A stretch of 64,000 nt of DNA, taken from assembly GCA_963701855.1 (NCBI GenBank), contig CAVPBK010000005.1, positions 256,001-320,000 of the forward strand. Direction: 5' to 3'. Made by a program: the position numbers and the translations under genes. Under the pieces are notes generated by a model. That model had not been told where the DNA came from, did not search any database, and saw only the letters and a program-made list of their open reading frames with translations. Shown here piece after piece: positions 21,940 through 31,604 of the stretch (positions are counted from its first letter, which is position 1; each line of letters opens with the position of its first letter). This DNA comes from Nitrospirota bacterium. GTDB taxonomy: Bacteria; Nitrospirota; Nitrospiria; Nitrospirales; Nitrospiraceae.

Positions 21940-22944
21940 ATGGCACAGTTTTCTCTTACTTTAAGCAGATTTATCACCCAGAAGCAGGCGTCCCATCCAG
22001 GGGCCACCGGGGAACTTTCCAGTCTCCTGGTCCAGATCGGTCTGGTTGGTAAACTCATTGCGCAGGATCTCAGGCATGCAGGGATCATCGATATTCTGGG
22101 AACGACAGGCGAGATCAATGTGCAAGGGGAGACAGTTAAGAAGCTGGATGAGATTGCGAATGAGACATTTCTCAACGCATTTCACCAGAACGGGCTTGTG
22201 TGCGCATTGGCGTCTGAAGAGATGGAAAAGCCGGTCCTGCTGCCGGAGAATTGGCCGCAGGCCAAGTACATGTTGCTCTTCGATCCTCTCGATGGCTCAT
22301 CGAACACGGACTGCAACATGCCGCTCGGCGCGATTTTTTCCGTCGTGAAGTTCGAGCGCAAAGATCGGATGCCGACCGAGGATGACCTTGCTCGCAAGGG
22401 AACAGAGCAGGTAGCCGCTGGCTATCTCCTGTTCGGGTCAAGCACCATGCTGGTCTATACGGTTGGACAAGGAGTCCACGGGTTTACATTGGAGCCTGGC
22501 ATCGGCGAGTATCTCCTGTCCCACGAGCAGATCCGCATTCCTGCTCGAGGCAAGGTTTATGGCGTAAACGAAGGCAATTATCATAAATGGACGGCGGGCA
22601 CGAAGAAGTATGTGGACGACCTGAAGGTCTCGGATAAAAACGCGGGGAAGCCTTACAGTGTGCGCTATTCCGGTTGTCTGGTAGCCGACGTGCACCGGAT
22701 TCTCCTCGGGGGAGGCATTTATCTGTATCCCGGTGAGCTGGACAAGCCGGAGGGCAAGCTCCGATTGTTATACGAAGCGAATCCCCTGGCGTGGGTTGTG
22801 GAGCAGGCGGGCGGCAGGGCCAGCACCGGCACTATGCGAGTCCTCGACGTGGAGGCCAAACAACTGCATCAACGGGTGCCGTTGATTATCGGGAGTGCGG
22901 AGGACGTGCGCGATGCAGAGGCATTCATCCAAGGCAGACGTTAA
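21940..22944 (+). CDS. fbp: Fructose-1,6-bisphosphatase class 1
   Basis: NVQGETVKKLD, FDPLDGSSN, RYSGCLVAD and GKLRLLYEANP motifs. Confidence 0.95.
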   Translation: MAQFSLTLSRFITQKQASHPGATGELSSLLVQIGLVGKLIAQDLRHAGIIDILGTTGEINVQGETVKKLDEIANETFLNAFHQNGLVCALASEEMEKPVLLPENWPQAKYMLLFDPLDGSSNTDCNMPLGAIFSVVKFERKDRMPTEDDLARKGTEQVAAGYLLFGSSTMLVYTVGQGVHGFTLEPGIGEYLLSHEQIRIPARGKVYGVNEGNYHKWTAGTKKYVDDLKVSDKNAGKPYSVRYSGCLVADVHRILLGGGIYLYPGELDKPEGKLRLLYEANPLAWVVEQAGGRASTGTMRVLDVEAKQLHQRVPLIIGSAEDVRDAEAFIQGRR

Positions 22945-23040
22945 GCGTGAAACGTGAAACGAGGAAAATCCGGCCAAGTTTTTGACGATTGGCGGTTCAC
23001 GTTTAACGAATAACGTTCACGAATCTACGGGAGGAGAGAC

Positions 23041-23964
23041 ATGGCTGATCGGGTACAAGAGATTCTCAGCTGGTATAGCAGCGACAATGCGGGAACACGA
23101 ACGAATATCGCCCGCCTGCTGCGTCATGGCAAATTGGCAGGCACAGGCAAGCTAGTGATTCTGCCCGTCGACCAGGGGTTCGAGCATGGCCCCGCCAGGA
23201 GCTTTGCGCCGAACCCATCCGGGTATAGCCCCCTGTACCATTTTCAATTAGCCATCGATGCCGGCTGCAATGCCTACGCGGCTCCACTGGGATTTCTCGA
23301 AGCCGGCGCCGCTGAATTCGCCGGACGGATTCCACTAATTCTCAAGTTGAACAATCACGATGTCTTGCATGACGAGAAAGATCCCTTGCCCTCGGTCACC
23401 GGCAGCGTGAAGGACGCGCTCCGGCTCGGTTGTTCAGCGGTCGGATTTACGATCTATCCGGGGTCATCGCACTGCAACGCCATGTATCAACAGTTGCGTG
23501 CGATTGCAGAAGAGGCCAAGGATTGTGGCTTGGCGGTCGTTGTATGGTCATATCCGCGTGGGTCGGTGCTCAGCAAGGAAGGGGAGACCGCGATCGATGT
23601 GGTGGCCTATGCGGCGCAGATTGCAGCCCAGCTCGGCGCCCATTTCATTAAGGTCAAGCTCCCCACTGCGCACCTTGAACAGGCCGCGGCGAAGAAGGTG
23701 TACGAATCGGCCAAGATTCCAATCGCAACACTGGCGGAACGGGTCAAGCATGTGGTGCAGAGTTCGTTCGATGGGCGCCGGATCGTCATTTTCTCTGGAG
23801 GAGCCAAGAGCGAGGATCAGCATGTGTTTGAGGAGGCGCGCGCCATTCGAGACGGCGGGGGGTTCGGCTCCATCATCGGGCGGAACTCGTTTCAGCGGCC
23901 TCGCGCGGAGGCGATGAAGTTCCTCCATACCATCATGGGGATATATTCCGGAGAAATTCTGTAA
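23041..23964 (+). CDS. fbaB: Class I fructose-bisphosphate aldolase
   Basis: ILPVDQGFEHGP, WSYPRG, IKVK and GSIIGRNSFQR motifs. Confidence 0.92.
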   Translation: MADRVQEILSWYSSDNAGTRTNIARLLRHGKLAGTGKLVILPVDQGFEHGPARSFAPNPSGYSPLYHFQLAIDAGCNAYAAPLGFLEAGAAEFAGRIPLILKLNNHDVLHDEKDPLPSVTGSVKDALRLGCSAVGFTIYPGSSHCNAMYQQLRAIAEEAKDCGLAVVVWSYPRGSVLSKEGETAIDVVAYAAQIAAQLGAHFIKVKLPTAHLEQAAAKKVYESAKIPIATLAERVKHVVQSSFDGRRIVIFSGGAKSEDQHVFEEARAIRDGGGFGSIIGRNSFQRPRAEAMKFLHTIMGIYSGEIL

Positions 23965-24031
23965 TGTGCAGGGATGCATCGGTGGTATATGAATTGTTCG
24001 AACCACGAGAGATGAAGGGCAAGGGTCACCT

Positions 24032-25549
24032 ATGAAACTCGTTCGTGCAGGGCTTGTTCCGCTTGCCTTGGTCACTGGAGGGGTCATTATCGGGATCGTG
24101 GTGGCTTCCAACATGGGTTGGTTGCCGACCGGCACGGCCGGCCCTGAGCCGATTCCCAACCCCATCGCTCGCCCAGTTGCGACTGCGCCGCAGTTGCCGA
24201 TGGGAGGAGGGAGTGGGAAAAACTTCGTTGAGATCGCGAAATCGGTAAAGCCGGCGGTCGTCAACATTTCGGCGACGAGAAGCGGAAAGCCCGGAGAAGG
24301 TCTGCACGGCTCCCCGCACGATGACCCATTTTTTCGCAAGTTCTTCGGCGATGAACTTTTTAAGCGCGATGCGCCTCAGCGAGAGCCAAAAGAGCGCGGT
24401 CAGGGGTCCGGGGTCATTGTGGAGTCCAATGGTTTGATCGTCACCAATAATCATGTCGTGAACAAGGCCGACGAGATTCGGGTCTTTTTGTCGGACAAAC
24501 GGGAGTTTAAAGGCAAGCTGATTGGAACCGATGCGAAGACGGATATTGCGATTGTGAAAATCGAAGCGACAGGGCTCTCAACCATTCCTTGGGCAGACTC
24601 CGACCAGCTGGAAGTCGGGGAGTATGTGTTGGCTGTGGGGAGTCCATTCGGGCTCACCCAGACCGTGACCATGGGGATCGTCAGTGCAGTTGGACGAGCC
24701 AGCATGGGCATTGCTGAATACGAAGACTTCATCCAAACCGATGCGGCGATCAATCCGGGAAATTCCGGAGGCGCGTTAGTCAACGTGCGGGGTGAATTGG
24801 TTGGGATTAATACGGCGATTTTCAGCCAAAGCGGCGGCAGCATGGGTATTGGGTTTGCGGTGCCCAGCAATTTGTCGCGCGCCGTCATGGATCAGTTGGT
24901 GCGGACGGGCAAGGTCGTCCGCGGCTGGCTCGGTGTGGCGATCCAAGATTTGACTCCTGAGTTGGCCACACAGTTCGGGATCGCCGATACGAAGGGCGTG
25001 CTCGTCAGTGACGTCATGGAGGATAGTCCTGCGAAGAAGGCGGGGGTCGAGCGCGCAGATGTCATTGTCGAATATGACGGGAAGTCGATGGATTCGCCGA
25101 CGCATTTGCGGAATGCCGTCGCGCAGACTCCGATCGGGAAGAAGGTCTTGGTCAAGTTAATTCGAGACAAGAAGCCCAAGACGATGGAGATTGCCATTGT
25201 CGAGCAGCCGAAATCGTTAGGACAGCCAGGAGCAGAGGAGAGCAGGGAGTCGGCGGTGCCGACTGGTGTTCTCTCGGATATTGATGTCCGCGAGCTCAAC
25301 GAGGAACTGACTGCTCGTTACGGATTGAAATCTACCGAGCGTGGGGTAGTGGTAGTCAGGGTCAAGTCTGGAAGCACGGCGGAAGAAATGGGTGTGCGTG
25401 AAGGCGATCTGATACTCGAAGTCAATCGCAAGGCCATAGGCTCGCTCAAGTCCTATGAACAAGCTGCTTCCGGTCTTGCCAAGGATCATGCGGTCCTCTT
25501 GTTGCTCAAACGAAAGGGCCAAGCGATCTACCTCACACTGCGGCCCTAG
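24032..25549 (+). CDS. DegP/DegQ serine endoprotease with two PDZ domains
   Basis: TNNHV, DIA and QTDAAINPGNSGG catalytic triad motifs, plus RGWLGV at the PDZ start. Confidence 0.95.
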   Translation: MKLVRAGLVPLALVTGGVIIGIVVASNMGWLPTGTAGPEPIPNPIARPVATAPQLPMGGGSGKNFVEIAKSVKPAVVNISATRSGKPGEGLHGSPHDDPFFRKFFGDELFKRDAPQREPKERGQGSGVIVESNGLIVTNNHVVNKADEIRVFLSDKREFKGKLIGTDAKTDIAIVKIEATGLSTIPWADSDQLEVGEYVLAVGSPFGLTQTVTMGIVSAVGRASMGIAEYEDFIQTDAAINPGNSGGALVNVRGELVGINTAIFSQSGGSMGIGFAVPSNLSRAVMDQLVRTGKVVRGWLGVAIQDLTPELATQFGIADTKGVLVSDVMEDSPAKKAGVERADVIVEYDGKSMDSPTHLRNAVAQTPIGKKVLVKLIRDKKPKTMEIAIVEQPKSLGQPGAEESRESAVPTGVLSDIDVRELNEELTARYGLKSTERGVVVVRVKSGSTAEEMGVREGDLILEVNRKAIGSLKSYEQAASGLAKDHAVLLLLKRKGQAIYLTLRP

Positions 25550-25564
25550 CCAGTTGCGGAAGAA

Positions 25565-25653
25565 TTATCAGGCTTATCGGGTTTGTTTTGTTTATCTGGT
25601 TAGCGTTGTTCAACCAAACAAACCAGACAAACAGGACAAGCCAAATGAACCAG
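25565..25653. repeat. Inverted array of 9-nt tandem repeats (TTATCTGGT / ACCAGACAA type)
   Basis: Four units, a 12-nt spacer, then about five complementary units. Related copies at 27655-27739 and 52859-52902. Confidence 0.8.
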
Positions 25654-25669
25654 GTAGGCGGCCCTGCCT

Positions 25670-26479
25670 ATGACATCGTGTCGAGTCGAACCAATCTTAC
25701 GTCAAGCCCATTTGGTGGTGGCGCTCGTGCCGGCTGCCGGCCGTGGGCTTCGGATGGGTGGCTCCGTCCCCAAACAATTTCTGTCGTTGGGTGGTGAGCC
25801 ACTCATCGTTCAGTCGTTACGGACATTGCAAGCTTCTTCCGCGATCGACCAGATCGTTCTTGCCGTTCCGCTTCCCGACGTTGAATACTGTGAGAACGAA
25901 ATCGTTTCGCGGTATCGATTCACCAAAGTGACGAAAGTGGTGGCGGGCGGTGCAGAGCGCCAGGATTCAGTGCGGTACGCGCTCACTCAGATCCCGTCGG
26001 ACACAGAGATCGTGCTTATCCATGATGCGGTGCGGCCTTTTGTGACGCAACGGATGATCGAAGAGGTCGTGGCTGCAGCGAGGAAAGAGGGCGCGGCGAT
26101 TATTGCACTTCCGATGCGGGATACCGTGAAGCAGGTACGGACGGATGGGACGATTGAGCGAACGGTCGATCGTACTCCCTTGTGGCTCGCCCAAACTCCG
26201 CAGGCATTTCGGCGGGACTTAATCGAGACTGCCCACAAGAAAGCGCATGCCGAAGGAATTCGGGCCACCGACGACGCCTTCCTGGTGGAGTGGTTAGGGT
26301 ATTCCGTGGCGGTGGTGGAAGGAAGCGGGGAGAATATCAAAGTGACGAGGCCTGAAGACCTGGTCATTGGCGAGGCTATTCTGGCGTCGCGAATCACGGG
26401 GAGCGGGACGCGCGAGAAGAGCGTGAAAAGCGGGACTGGCACGTCTCGCTCTTCGCGCCCGTCACGCAAATCTCGCTGA
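25670..26479 (+). CDS. ispD: 2-C-methyl-D-erythritol 4-phosphate cytidylyltransferase
   Basis: PAAGRGLRMG..PKQF, GGAERQDSV, IHDAVRP, AQTPQ and NIKVT motifs. Confidence 0.95.
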   Translation: MTSCRVEPILRQAHLVVALVPAAGRGLRMGGSVPKQFLSLGGEPLIVQSLRTLQASSAIDQIVLAVPLPDVEYCENEIVSRYRFTKVTKVVAGGAERQDSVRYALTQIPSDTEIVLIHDAVRPFVTQRMIEEVVAAARKEGAAIIALPMRDTVKQVRTDGTIERTVDRTPLWLAQTPQAFRRDLIETAHKKAHAEGIRATDDAFLVEWLGYSVAVVEGSGENIKVTRPEDLVIGEAILASRITGSGTREKSVKSGTGTSRSSRPSRKSR

Positions 26480-26494
26480 GATAGAGGAGAGCCT

Positions 26495-26983
26495 ATGACA
26501 ATGCGAATCGGTTGCGGCTACGACATCCATCCGTTAGGACCAGGTCGGAAGTTGATTCTCGGCGGGGTCGAGGTGCCCCACAGTAAGGGTTTGATGGGAC
26601 ATTCCGATTCTGATGCCTTGGTCCATGCCCTCTGCGATGCGCTGCTTGGAGCGATGGGTGAAGGAGATTTAGGCCGGCACTATCCCAGTTCAGATCAGCG
26701 GTTCAAGGACATATCGAGTCTGAAGTTGCTGCAGGATGTCGTCGGGAAGATGCGGGGGAAGGGGTATCGTCTCGTGAACGCCGACACAGTCATTATCGCG
26801 CAGGCCCCTCGGCTCAGTTCGCACTTGGCAGCTATGCAGAAGCAAATGGCGCAGGTGCTCGGGGTCGATCCGGACCTCGTCAACGTCAAGGTGAAGAGCG
26901 GAGAGGGAATCGGCATGATCGGTCGGGAGGAAGGGATTGCCGCCCAGGCGGTCTGTTTGATTGAACGGCCTTCGACAGCTTAA
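26495..26983 (+). CDS. ispF: 2-C-methyl-D-erythritol 2,4-cyclodiphosphate synthase
   Basis: RIGCGYDIH, GHSDSD and GREEGIAAQAV motifs. Confidence 0.95.
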   Translation: MTMRIGCGYDIHPLGPGRKLILGGVEVPHSKGLMGHSDSDALVHALCDALLGAMGEGDLGRHYPSSDQRFKDISSLKLLQDVVGKMRGKGYRLVNADTVIIAQAPRLSSHLAAMQKQMAQVLGVDPDLVNVKVKSGEGIGMIGREEGIAAQAVCLIERPSTA

Positions 26984-26995
26984 GATAATTCGACT

Positions 26996-27649
26996 ATGGT
27001 CCTGAAAGCCATCAGAGAAGATCTCCGGGCCGTGTTCGACCGAGATCCGGCGGCGACGAGTTGGCTTGAAGTCGTGCTGACCTACGCCGGCTTTCATGCC
27101 GTATCGGCCTACCGCGTATCCCATTGGCTCAAGACCCATCATATCCCGTTTCTTCCCCGCTTCATTTCTCAGACTGCTCGCATTCTGACGGGAATCGAAA
27201 TCCATCCTTCGGCGACGATTGGTACCGGGTTCTTCATCGACCATGGAATGGGTGTGGTCATCGGCGAGACGGCAGAGATCGGAGATTATGTGACCCTCTT
27301 TCAGGGTGTGACGCTTGGTGGGACGGGGAAGGAACGAGGGAAACGCCATCCTACGCTTGGCAATCACGTGGTCGTCGGAGCGGGGGCCAAGATTCTCGGC
27401 GGTATCACGGTCGGCGACAATGTGAAGATCGGCGCCAATTCGGTCGTGCTCAAGAACGTCGTTGCCAATTCCACTGTCATTGGAGTGCCGGCCCGCGTCA
27501 TTAAAACTCAAGGCGAACGGCTGCCCGACGCCACCATGGACCACAGTAACCTGCCGGACCCAGTCAGTGACCGGCTCATGGCACTCGAGCAGGAGTTGAT
27601 CGAATTGCGCAAGAAGCTGGAAAATCAAGACTCCCCCCGCCTGCTCTAG
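26996..27649 (+). CDS. cysE: Serine O-acetyltransferase
   Basis: [25 protein letters not shown] and [12 protein letters not shown] motifs. Confidence 0.96.
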   Translation: MVLKAIREDLRAVFDRDPAATSWLEVVLTYAGFHAVSAYRVSHWLKTHHIPFLPRFISQTARILTGIEIHPSATIGTGFFIDHGMGVVIGETAEIGDYVTLFQGVTLGGTGKERGKRHPTLGNHVVVGAGAKILGGITVGDNVKIGANSVVLKNVVANSTVIGVPARVIKTQGERLPDATMDHSNLPDPVSDRLMALEQELIELRKKLENQDSPRLL

Positions 27650-27654
27650 CGAGA

Positions 27655-27739
27655 CGGGTTTATCTGGTCTGTCTGGTTCATCTGGTTAGTTTCGTTCAAC
27701 CAAACACACGAGACAGACCGAACAGATCAGATGGACCAG
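27655..27739. repeat. Inverted array of 9-nt tandem repeats, second copy, between convergent cysE and truA
   Basis: TTATCTGGT CTGTCTGGT TCATCTGGT, spacer TAGTTTCGTTCA, then ACCAAACAC ACGAGACAG ACCGAACAG. Shares the central core with 25565-25653. Confidence 0.8.
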
Positions 27740-27755
27740 TCAGACTGGCGGACTG

Positions 27756-28493
27756 CTATTCGTAATCTACGCGCATGAGACAGAGTCCATGAGGAGGGGC
27801 GGTTTGGCCTGCTGCAGACCGATTCCGCGCCCGCAAGACTTCTGTGAGACTGTCGGGAGTGCGTTTGCCCAGCCCCACTTCGACCACCGTTCCCACTATT
27901 GCGCGGACCATGTGTTTCAGAAACCTGTCGGCGTAGGCCTCAATGAGGATCTGATCGTCGTGGCGGATGATCGCGATTCGTTGCAGATGGCAGATGGGAT
28001 TGTTGTTGTCCGTGAGACTTCCCTCGAAGGAGGAAAAGTCTTGCGATCCGATCAGCGTCGCTGCTGCCTGTTGCATGGCAGTTTCATTCAGCGGTTTGTA
28101 GATGTGCCAGGCGAACGCGCGATCGATGGTGGGACGGGCTGGACGATGAAGAAGCCGATAGGTGTAGAGCTTGCCTCGTGCATCGTGTTGGGCATGAAAG
28201 CGGTCATCCATTAGGGTCGAGGACCGAACGGCAATGTCTTTTGGCAGCACGGCATTGAGCGCCCGCATCCAGTTGGAGGCGGGCCAATCCAGGTTTGTGA
28301 GGAAACTCGCCACTTGACCTCGCGCATGCACGCCGGAGTCCGTGCGGCCTGCGCCGATGACGGATACCGTGGCTTGGCTGACCTGCCGAATGGCTTGTTC
28401 GATGGCTTCTTGGATCGTGAGGTGATCAGGTTGGCGCTGCCATCCTGCGTAGCAGGTCCCGTCGTACTCTAAGACTAACTTGACCGTAGGCAT
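27756..28493 (-). CDS. truA: tRNA pseudouridine(38-40) synthase
   Basis: EYDGTCYAGWQRQ, AGRTDSGVHARGQ, FLKHMVR and TAPPHGL motifs. Confidence 0.96.
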   Translation of the reverse strand: MPTVKLVLEYDGTCYAGWQRQPDHLTIQEAIEQAIRQVSQATVSVIGAGRTDSGVHARGQVASFLTNLDWPASNWMRALNAVLPKDIAVRSSTLMDDRFHAQHDARGKLYTYRLLHRPARPTIDRAFAWHIYKPLNETAMQQAAATLIGSQDFSSFEGSLTDNNNPICHLQRIAIIRHDDQILIEAYADRFLKHMVRAIVGTVVEVGLGKRTPDSLTEVLRARNRSAAGQTAPPHGLCLMRVDYE

Positions 28494-28521
28494 TGACGTA
28501 GGGGTTTGAACAGTGCGGAGG

Positions 28522-29805
28522 TCATCGCGTGGCGAGCTTCGACGAGGCGAGGAAGGACTTGACACCCTCCATCAGTGCTTCTGCCACGCGTGTGGTGAAG
28601 CGGTTGGTTCGGAGCAGGTCTTCTTCGTCAGCGTTCGAGATATAGGCGATTTCGGCCAGGATACTGGGCATGCTGGTGAATCGGAGCACATAGAAAGGCG
28701 CAGTTTTTACTCCATGGTCCACCAAGGTGTAGTGGTCGTTTAGGTTGGTCACCATGGCTTCCTTAGCGGTCCAGGCAAGTTCAAGAGACTCTTCGATCTT
28801 TTTTGCCGTCAGGAGATCGGCGACAAGATATTCCCATCCCACGCCGGTGCTGTTGAGAGGGGTTCCATTTTCTCGGGCCGCCACTTCGAGCGCTCGTTGA
28901 TCCTTGGCCTCTCCGAAGTGGTAAACCTCAATTCCCTTCACGGAGCGTTGTGGGTGGGAGTTGACATGGATCGACACGAACAGATCCGCCTCCTGTCCAT
29001 TGGCAAATTTCGCACGGTCTTCCAACTCGACGAACTGGTCCCGCTCACGGGTCATGAGGACACGGACTCCAGGTTGCCGGCTCAAGAGATCGCGAAGCTT
29101 CAACGCAACTTTCAGTGTAATGTCTTTTTCTTCCGTCCCGCGTTGCCCACGTGCCCCAGGATCTTTCCCGCCGTGCCCTGGATCGATCACGATGGTCTTA
29201 TAGGATTTGGCTCGCGGCTGAGAAGGCTGCGGAGGAGTGGGGAGTGGAAGTCCTAGGTCTGGTGTCGATTTAACAGGCGGAGCTGTCAGGAGTTCACGGG
29301 GAGGCACTACATCGATGACAAGTCGTGGAGGGTCCGCCAGCGTGAGCCATTTATAGCTTTTAAATGAACCAGTTGGCAGAGAGACATGTACAGATCGTTC
29401 AGATGGCTGGGTAATGATAAATGGTTTGGCAATCTTGCCAGCTGAAAGCTTCATCTTGGCGGATGTGCTCAAGGTGGCGTTGGGAATCTCGATGGTTACC
29501 CCCTCGGCCTGGAATTGGGGATGTTTGCTGGGACGGACCTTCGTGTCGAGGTCAAGCACAAGCCTCGTCAACTCGGGCGAGCTGGCCGTCCTGAGGTTCT
29601 GAATCGTCGTCAGCCCGAGCGGAGTGGGGACCATGCGTATAGGGGAGGTACGAGACTGTTTAGGCTTGGCGGGAGGCTCCTGATGGGCGGTACTCGTTGC
29701 TGCAAATGCCTGATCGGTGTGAAACGGAATGAGGGTATGCCCAGAGAGGCCGAAGAGTCCGGCCAGGAAGGTGAGGGTAAGAATGCGCCACAGGGCTGAT
29801 CGCAT
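28522..29805 (-). CDS. N-acetylmuramoyl-L-alanine amidase (AMIN + Amidase_3)
   Basis: Signal peptide, PPRLVID, IDPGHGGKDPGA, SIHVN and PSILAE motifs. Confidence 0.93.
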   Translation of the reverse strand: MRSALWRILTLTFLAGLFGLSGHTLIPFHTDQAFAATSTAHQEPPAKPKQSRTSPIRMVPTPLGLTTIQNLRTASSPELTRLVLDLDTKVRPSKHPQFQAEGVTIEIPNATLSTSAKMKLSAGKIAKPFIITQPSERSVHVSLPTGSFKSYKWLTLADPPRLVIDVVPPRELLTAPPVKSTPDLGLPLPTPPQPSQPRAKSYKTIVIDPGHGGKDPGARGQRGTEEKDITLKVALKLRDLLSRQPGVRVLMTRERDQFVELEDRAKFANGQEADLFVSIHVNSHPQRSVKGIEVYHFGEAKDQRALEVAARENGTPLNSTGVGWEYLVADLLTAKKIEESLELAWTAKEAMVTNLNDHYTLVDHGVKTAPFYVLRFTSMPSILAEIAYISNADEEDLLRTNRFTTRVAEALMEGVKSFLASSKLATR

Positions 29806-29947
29806 GGGTATTCACGGTATGTGATGGAATGGGATGGGATATAGAGTTTTTTCTCAGATGCGTGTGCCGTTGTCAAGAGGATCGGTCGTGCTAACAGCCG
29901 ACGGAACCGATTGACAGTGAGCAGTGCGAGCAGTAGGGTTACGGATT

Positions 29948-30481
29948 ATGGCACTCCACCTGATCGTCGATGGGTACAATCTCTTGGCGCTGACAGGTCG
30001 GATCGGTGCAGGGACGAGCTTGCATTCCGAGACGGCACGCGAGTCTTTCCTGCGCGATTTGGCGGCGTATCGTCAACGAAAATCCCATGCGATCACGGTG
30101 GTCTTTGACGGATGGCAACAAGGATGGGGCACAGAACAGCGGGAGCATCGGCTTGGTCTTGAAATTATCTTCTCTCGACGGGGAGAAAAGGCCGATCAGG
30201 TGATTCAACGTTTGGCTGCTGAGTTCGGATCCGCCTGCGCGGTGGTGAGTTCTGATCGTGAGATCGTCAACGTTGCGACGGCGCAGGGGGCCTTCGTCAT
30301 GAAAGCCCAGGAGTTTATTGGGAAACTGCAGGGGCCGTCGAGCTTGAGCCGAGCTTCCCTCCACAAGGAACTGGATACAGGGGAGGATCTTCGCCCGAAG
30401 CGAGGTCCGGAGAAGCGCGGGAACCCGAGGAAGTTACCCAAGGCGCTGCGACAGCGCAACCGGCAGCTCAAGCGATTTTGA
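29948..30481 (+). CDS. NYN-domain protein (YacP/Rae1-like ribonuclease)
   Basis: LIVDGYN, VVFDG, ADQVI and VVSSDREI motifs. Confidence 0.88.
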   Translation: MALHLIVDGYNLLALTGRIGAGTSLHSETARESFLRDLAAYRQRKSHAITVVFDGWQQGWGTEQREHRLGLEIIFSRRGEKADQVIQRLAAEFGSACAVVSSDREIVNVATAQGAFVMKAQEFIGKLQGPSSLSRASLHKELDTGEDLRPKRGPEKRGNPRKLPKALRQRNRQLKRF

Positions 30482-31247
30482 ACAGTCGTTTCGCGTTCTC
30501 GGTCGTAATGCGTCCGATGGTGTCGACCGACATGCCCGGTGCATCGGCATGAAGCTCCGCCAGTTTTTTCGCGACAAAGGACACGTAAGCCGGCTCGTTT
30601 CGTCTGCCTCGATGAGGGATGGGAGTCAGATACGGGCAGTCGGTTTCGATCAGGAGGCGGTCTAACGGAGCAGTCTTGGCGATATCTCGGAGCATTGTCG
30701 CGTTTTGAAACGTGAGAATACCGGAGAACGAGAGGTAGAACCCTAAGTCCAGCGCATCCTTTGCCAGCCACGCATCCCCTGAGAAGCAGTGAAAAACCCC
30801 GCCGATTTCTGACGCGCGCTCCTCTTTCAAAATTGCAATCGTATCATCTTGGGCCTCTCGCGTGTGAATGATCACCGGGAGTTTCAGCTCGCGTGCAAGT
30901 TGGATCTGTTCGCGAAATCGCTCGCGCTGTTCCTTCGGTGATGAATGATTGTAGTGGTAGTCAAGGCCGATCTCCCCATAGGCGACCACTTTTTTGTTCT
31001 GTGCTAGCCGGCGGAAATCGTCGTACCAGTTATCGAGGATATGCTTCACTTCATGCGGATGGACGCCGAGGGAGGCATAGACGAACGGGTATTGCTCTGC
31101 CAGTGCGATCGCCGCCTGGCTGGTTGCCAGATCGCAGCCGATGGTGACGAAGGCTTCGACGCCGGCTTCCCGGGCGCGGGCAATCATCGCCTCGCGATCC
31201 TCATTGTAGCGGGCATCGTCCAGATGGGTATGCGTATCGAAGAGCAT
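30468..31247 (-). CDS. TatD-family hydrolase
   Basis: DTHTH, GVHPH, GEIGLDY, IHTR, HCFSG and ETDCPYL motifs. Confidence 0.95.
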   Translation of the reverse strand: MLFDTHTHLDDARYNEDREAMIARAREAGVEAFVTIGCDLATSQAAIALAEQYPFVYASLGVHPHEVKHILDNWYDDFRRLAQNKKVVAYGEIGLDYHYNHSSPKEQRERFREQIQLARELKLPVIIHTREAQDDTIAILKEERASEIGGVFHCFSGDAWLAKDALDLGFYLSFSGILTFQNATMLRDIAKTAPLDRLLIETDCPYLTPIPHRGRRNEPAYVSFVAKKLAELHADAPGMSVDTIGRITTENAKRLFKIA

Positions 31248-31436
31248 TGCAAACGGATACTAGCACGGGCCTCAACTCTTGAGAAAGCATCTGCGGCTTA
31301 TATCGTGCACAGAATAGCGGTCTGCCCGACGGACGACTGTGAAGAATACCCATCCTTCGAATGCAAGCGCTTCTATGGCTGATGGATGAGCTTGTGTCTC
31401 GGAGGGTAGAGAGGTGTACCCGATTCCAAAGGGGGG

Positions 31437-31478
31437 TTGACATAGATAGGCCAGGACCTGTATTGATACTAATTATCA
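31437..31478 (+). promoter_or_regulatory. Fur box downstream of a TTGACA -35 element
   Basis: TGATACT-A-ATTATCA (31464-31478) differs at one position from the 7-1-7 consensus TGATAAT-N-ATTATCA. TTGACA at 31437-31442. Upstream of iron-uptake genes. Confidence 0.8.
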
Positions 31479-31525
31479 AATTCAGAAATTCGCCGGTACT
31501 GCCAGTCACATAAGGCATTCGGCAA

Positions 31526-31586
31526 GAGGCCAGAGCACTTCGAGTCCAGAGCCCAGGGTCGCCAATCGGCGACTGTGGGCTTTTTT
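31526..31586 (+). promoter_or_regulatory. Leader motif copy 1: GAGGCCAGAG-N6-GAGTCCAGAG overlapping an intrinsic terminator
   Basis: Stem AGCCCAGGGTCGCC/aatc/GGCGACTGTGGGCT followed by a T run. Lies between the Fur box and tonB. Confidence 0.75.
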
Positions 31587-31604
31587 ATTGTGATGAGGGG
31601 CGAT

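Noticed and set aside
25565..27739. CRISPR array
   Set aside because: Units are 7-9-nt degenerate tandem repeats without unique spacers, and there are no cas genes.
31526..31586. Known riboswitch (cobalamin, NiCo, TPP and similar) as the identity of the leader motif
   Set aside because: Too short and lacking the conserved aptamer sequences I can recognise; an Rfam scan is still needed to exclude lesser-known motifs.
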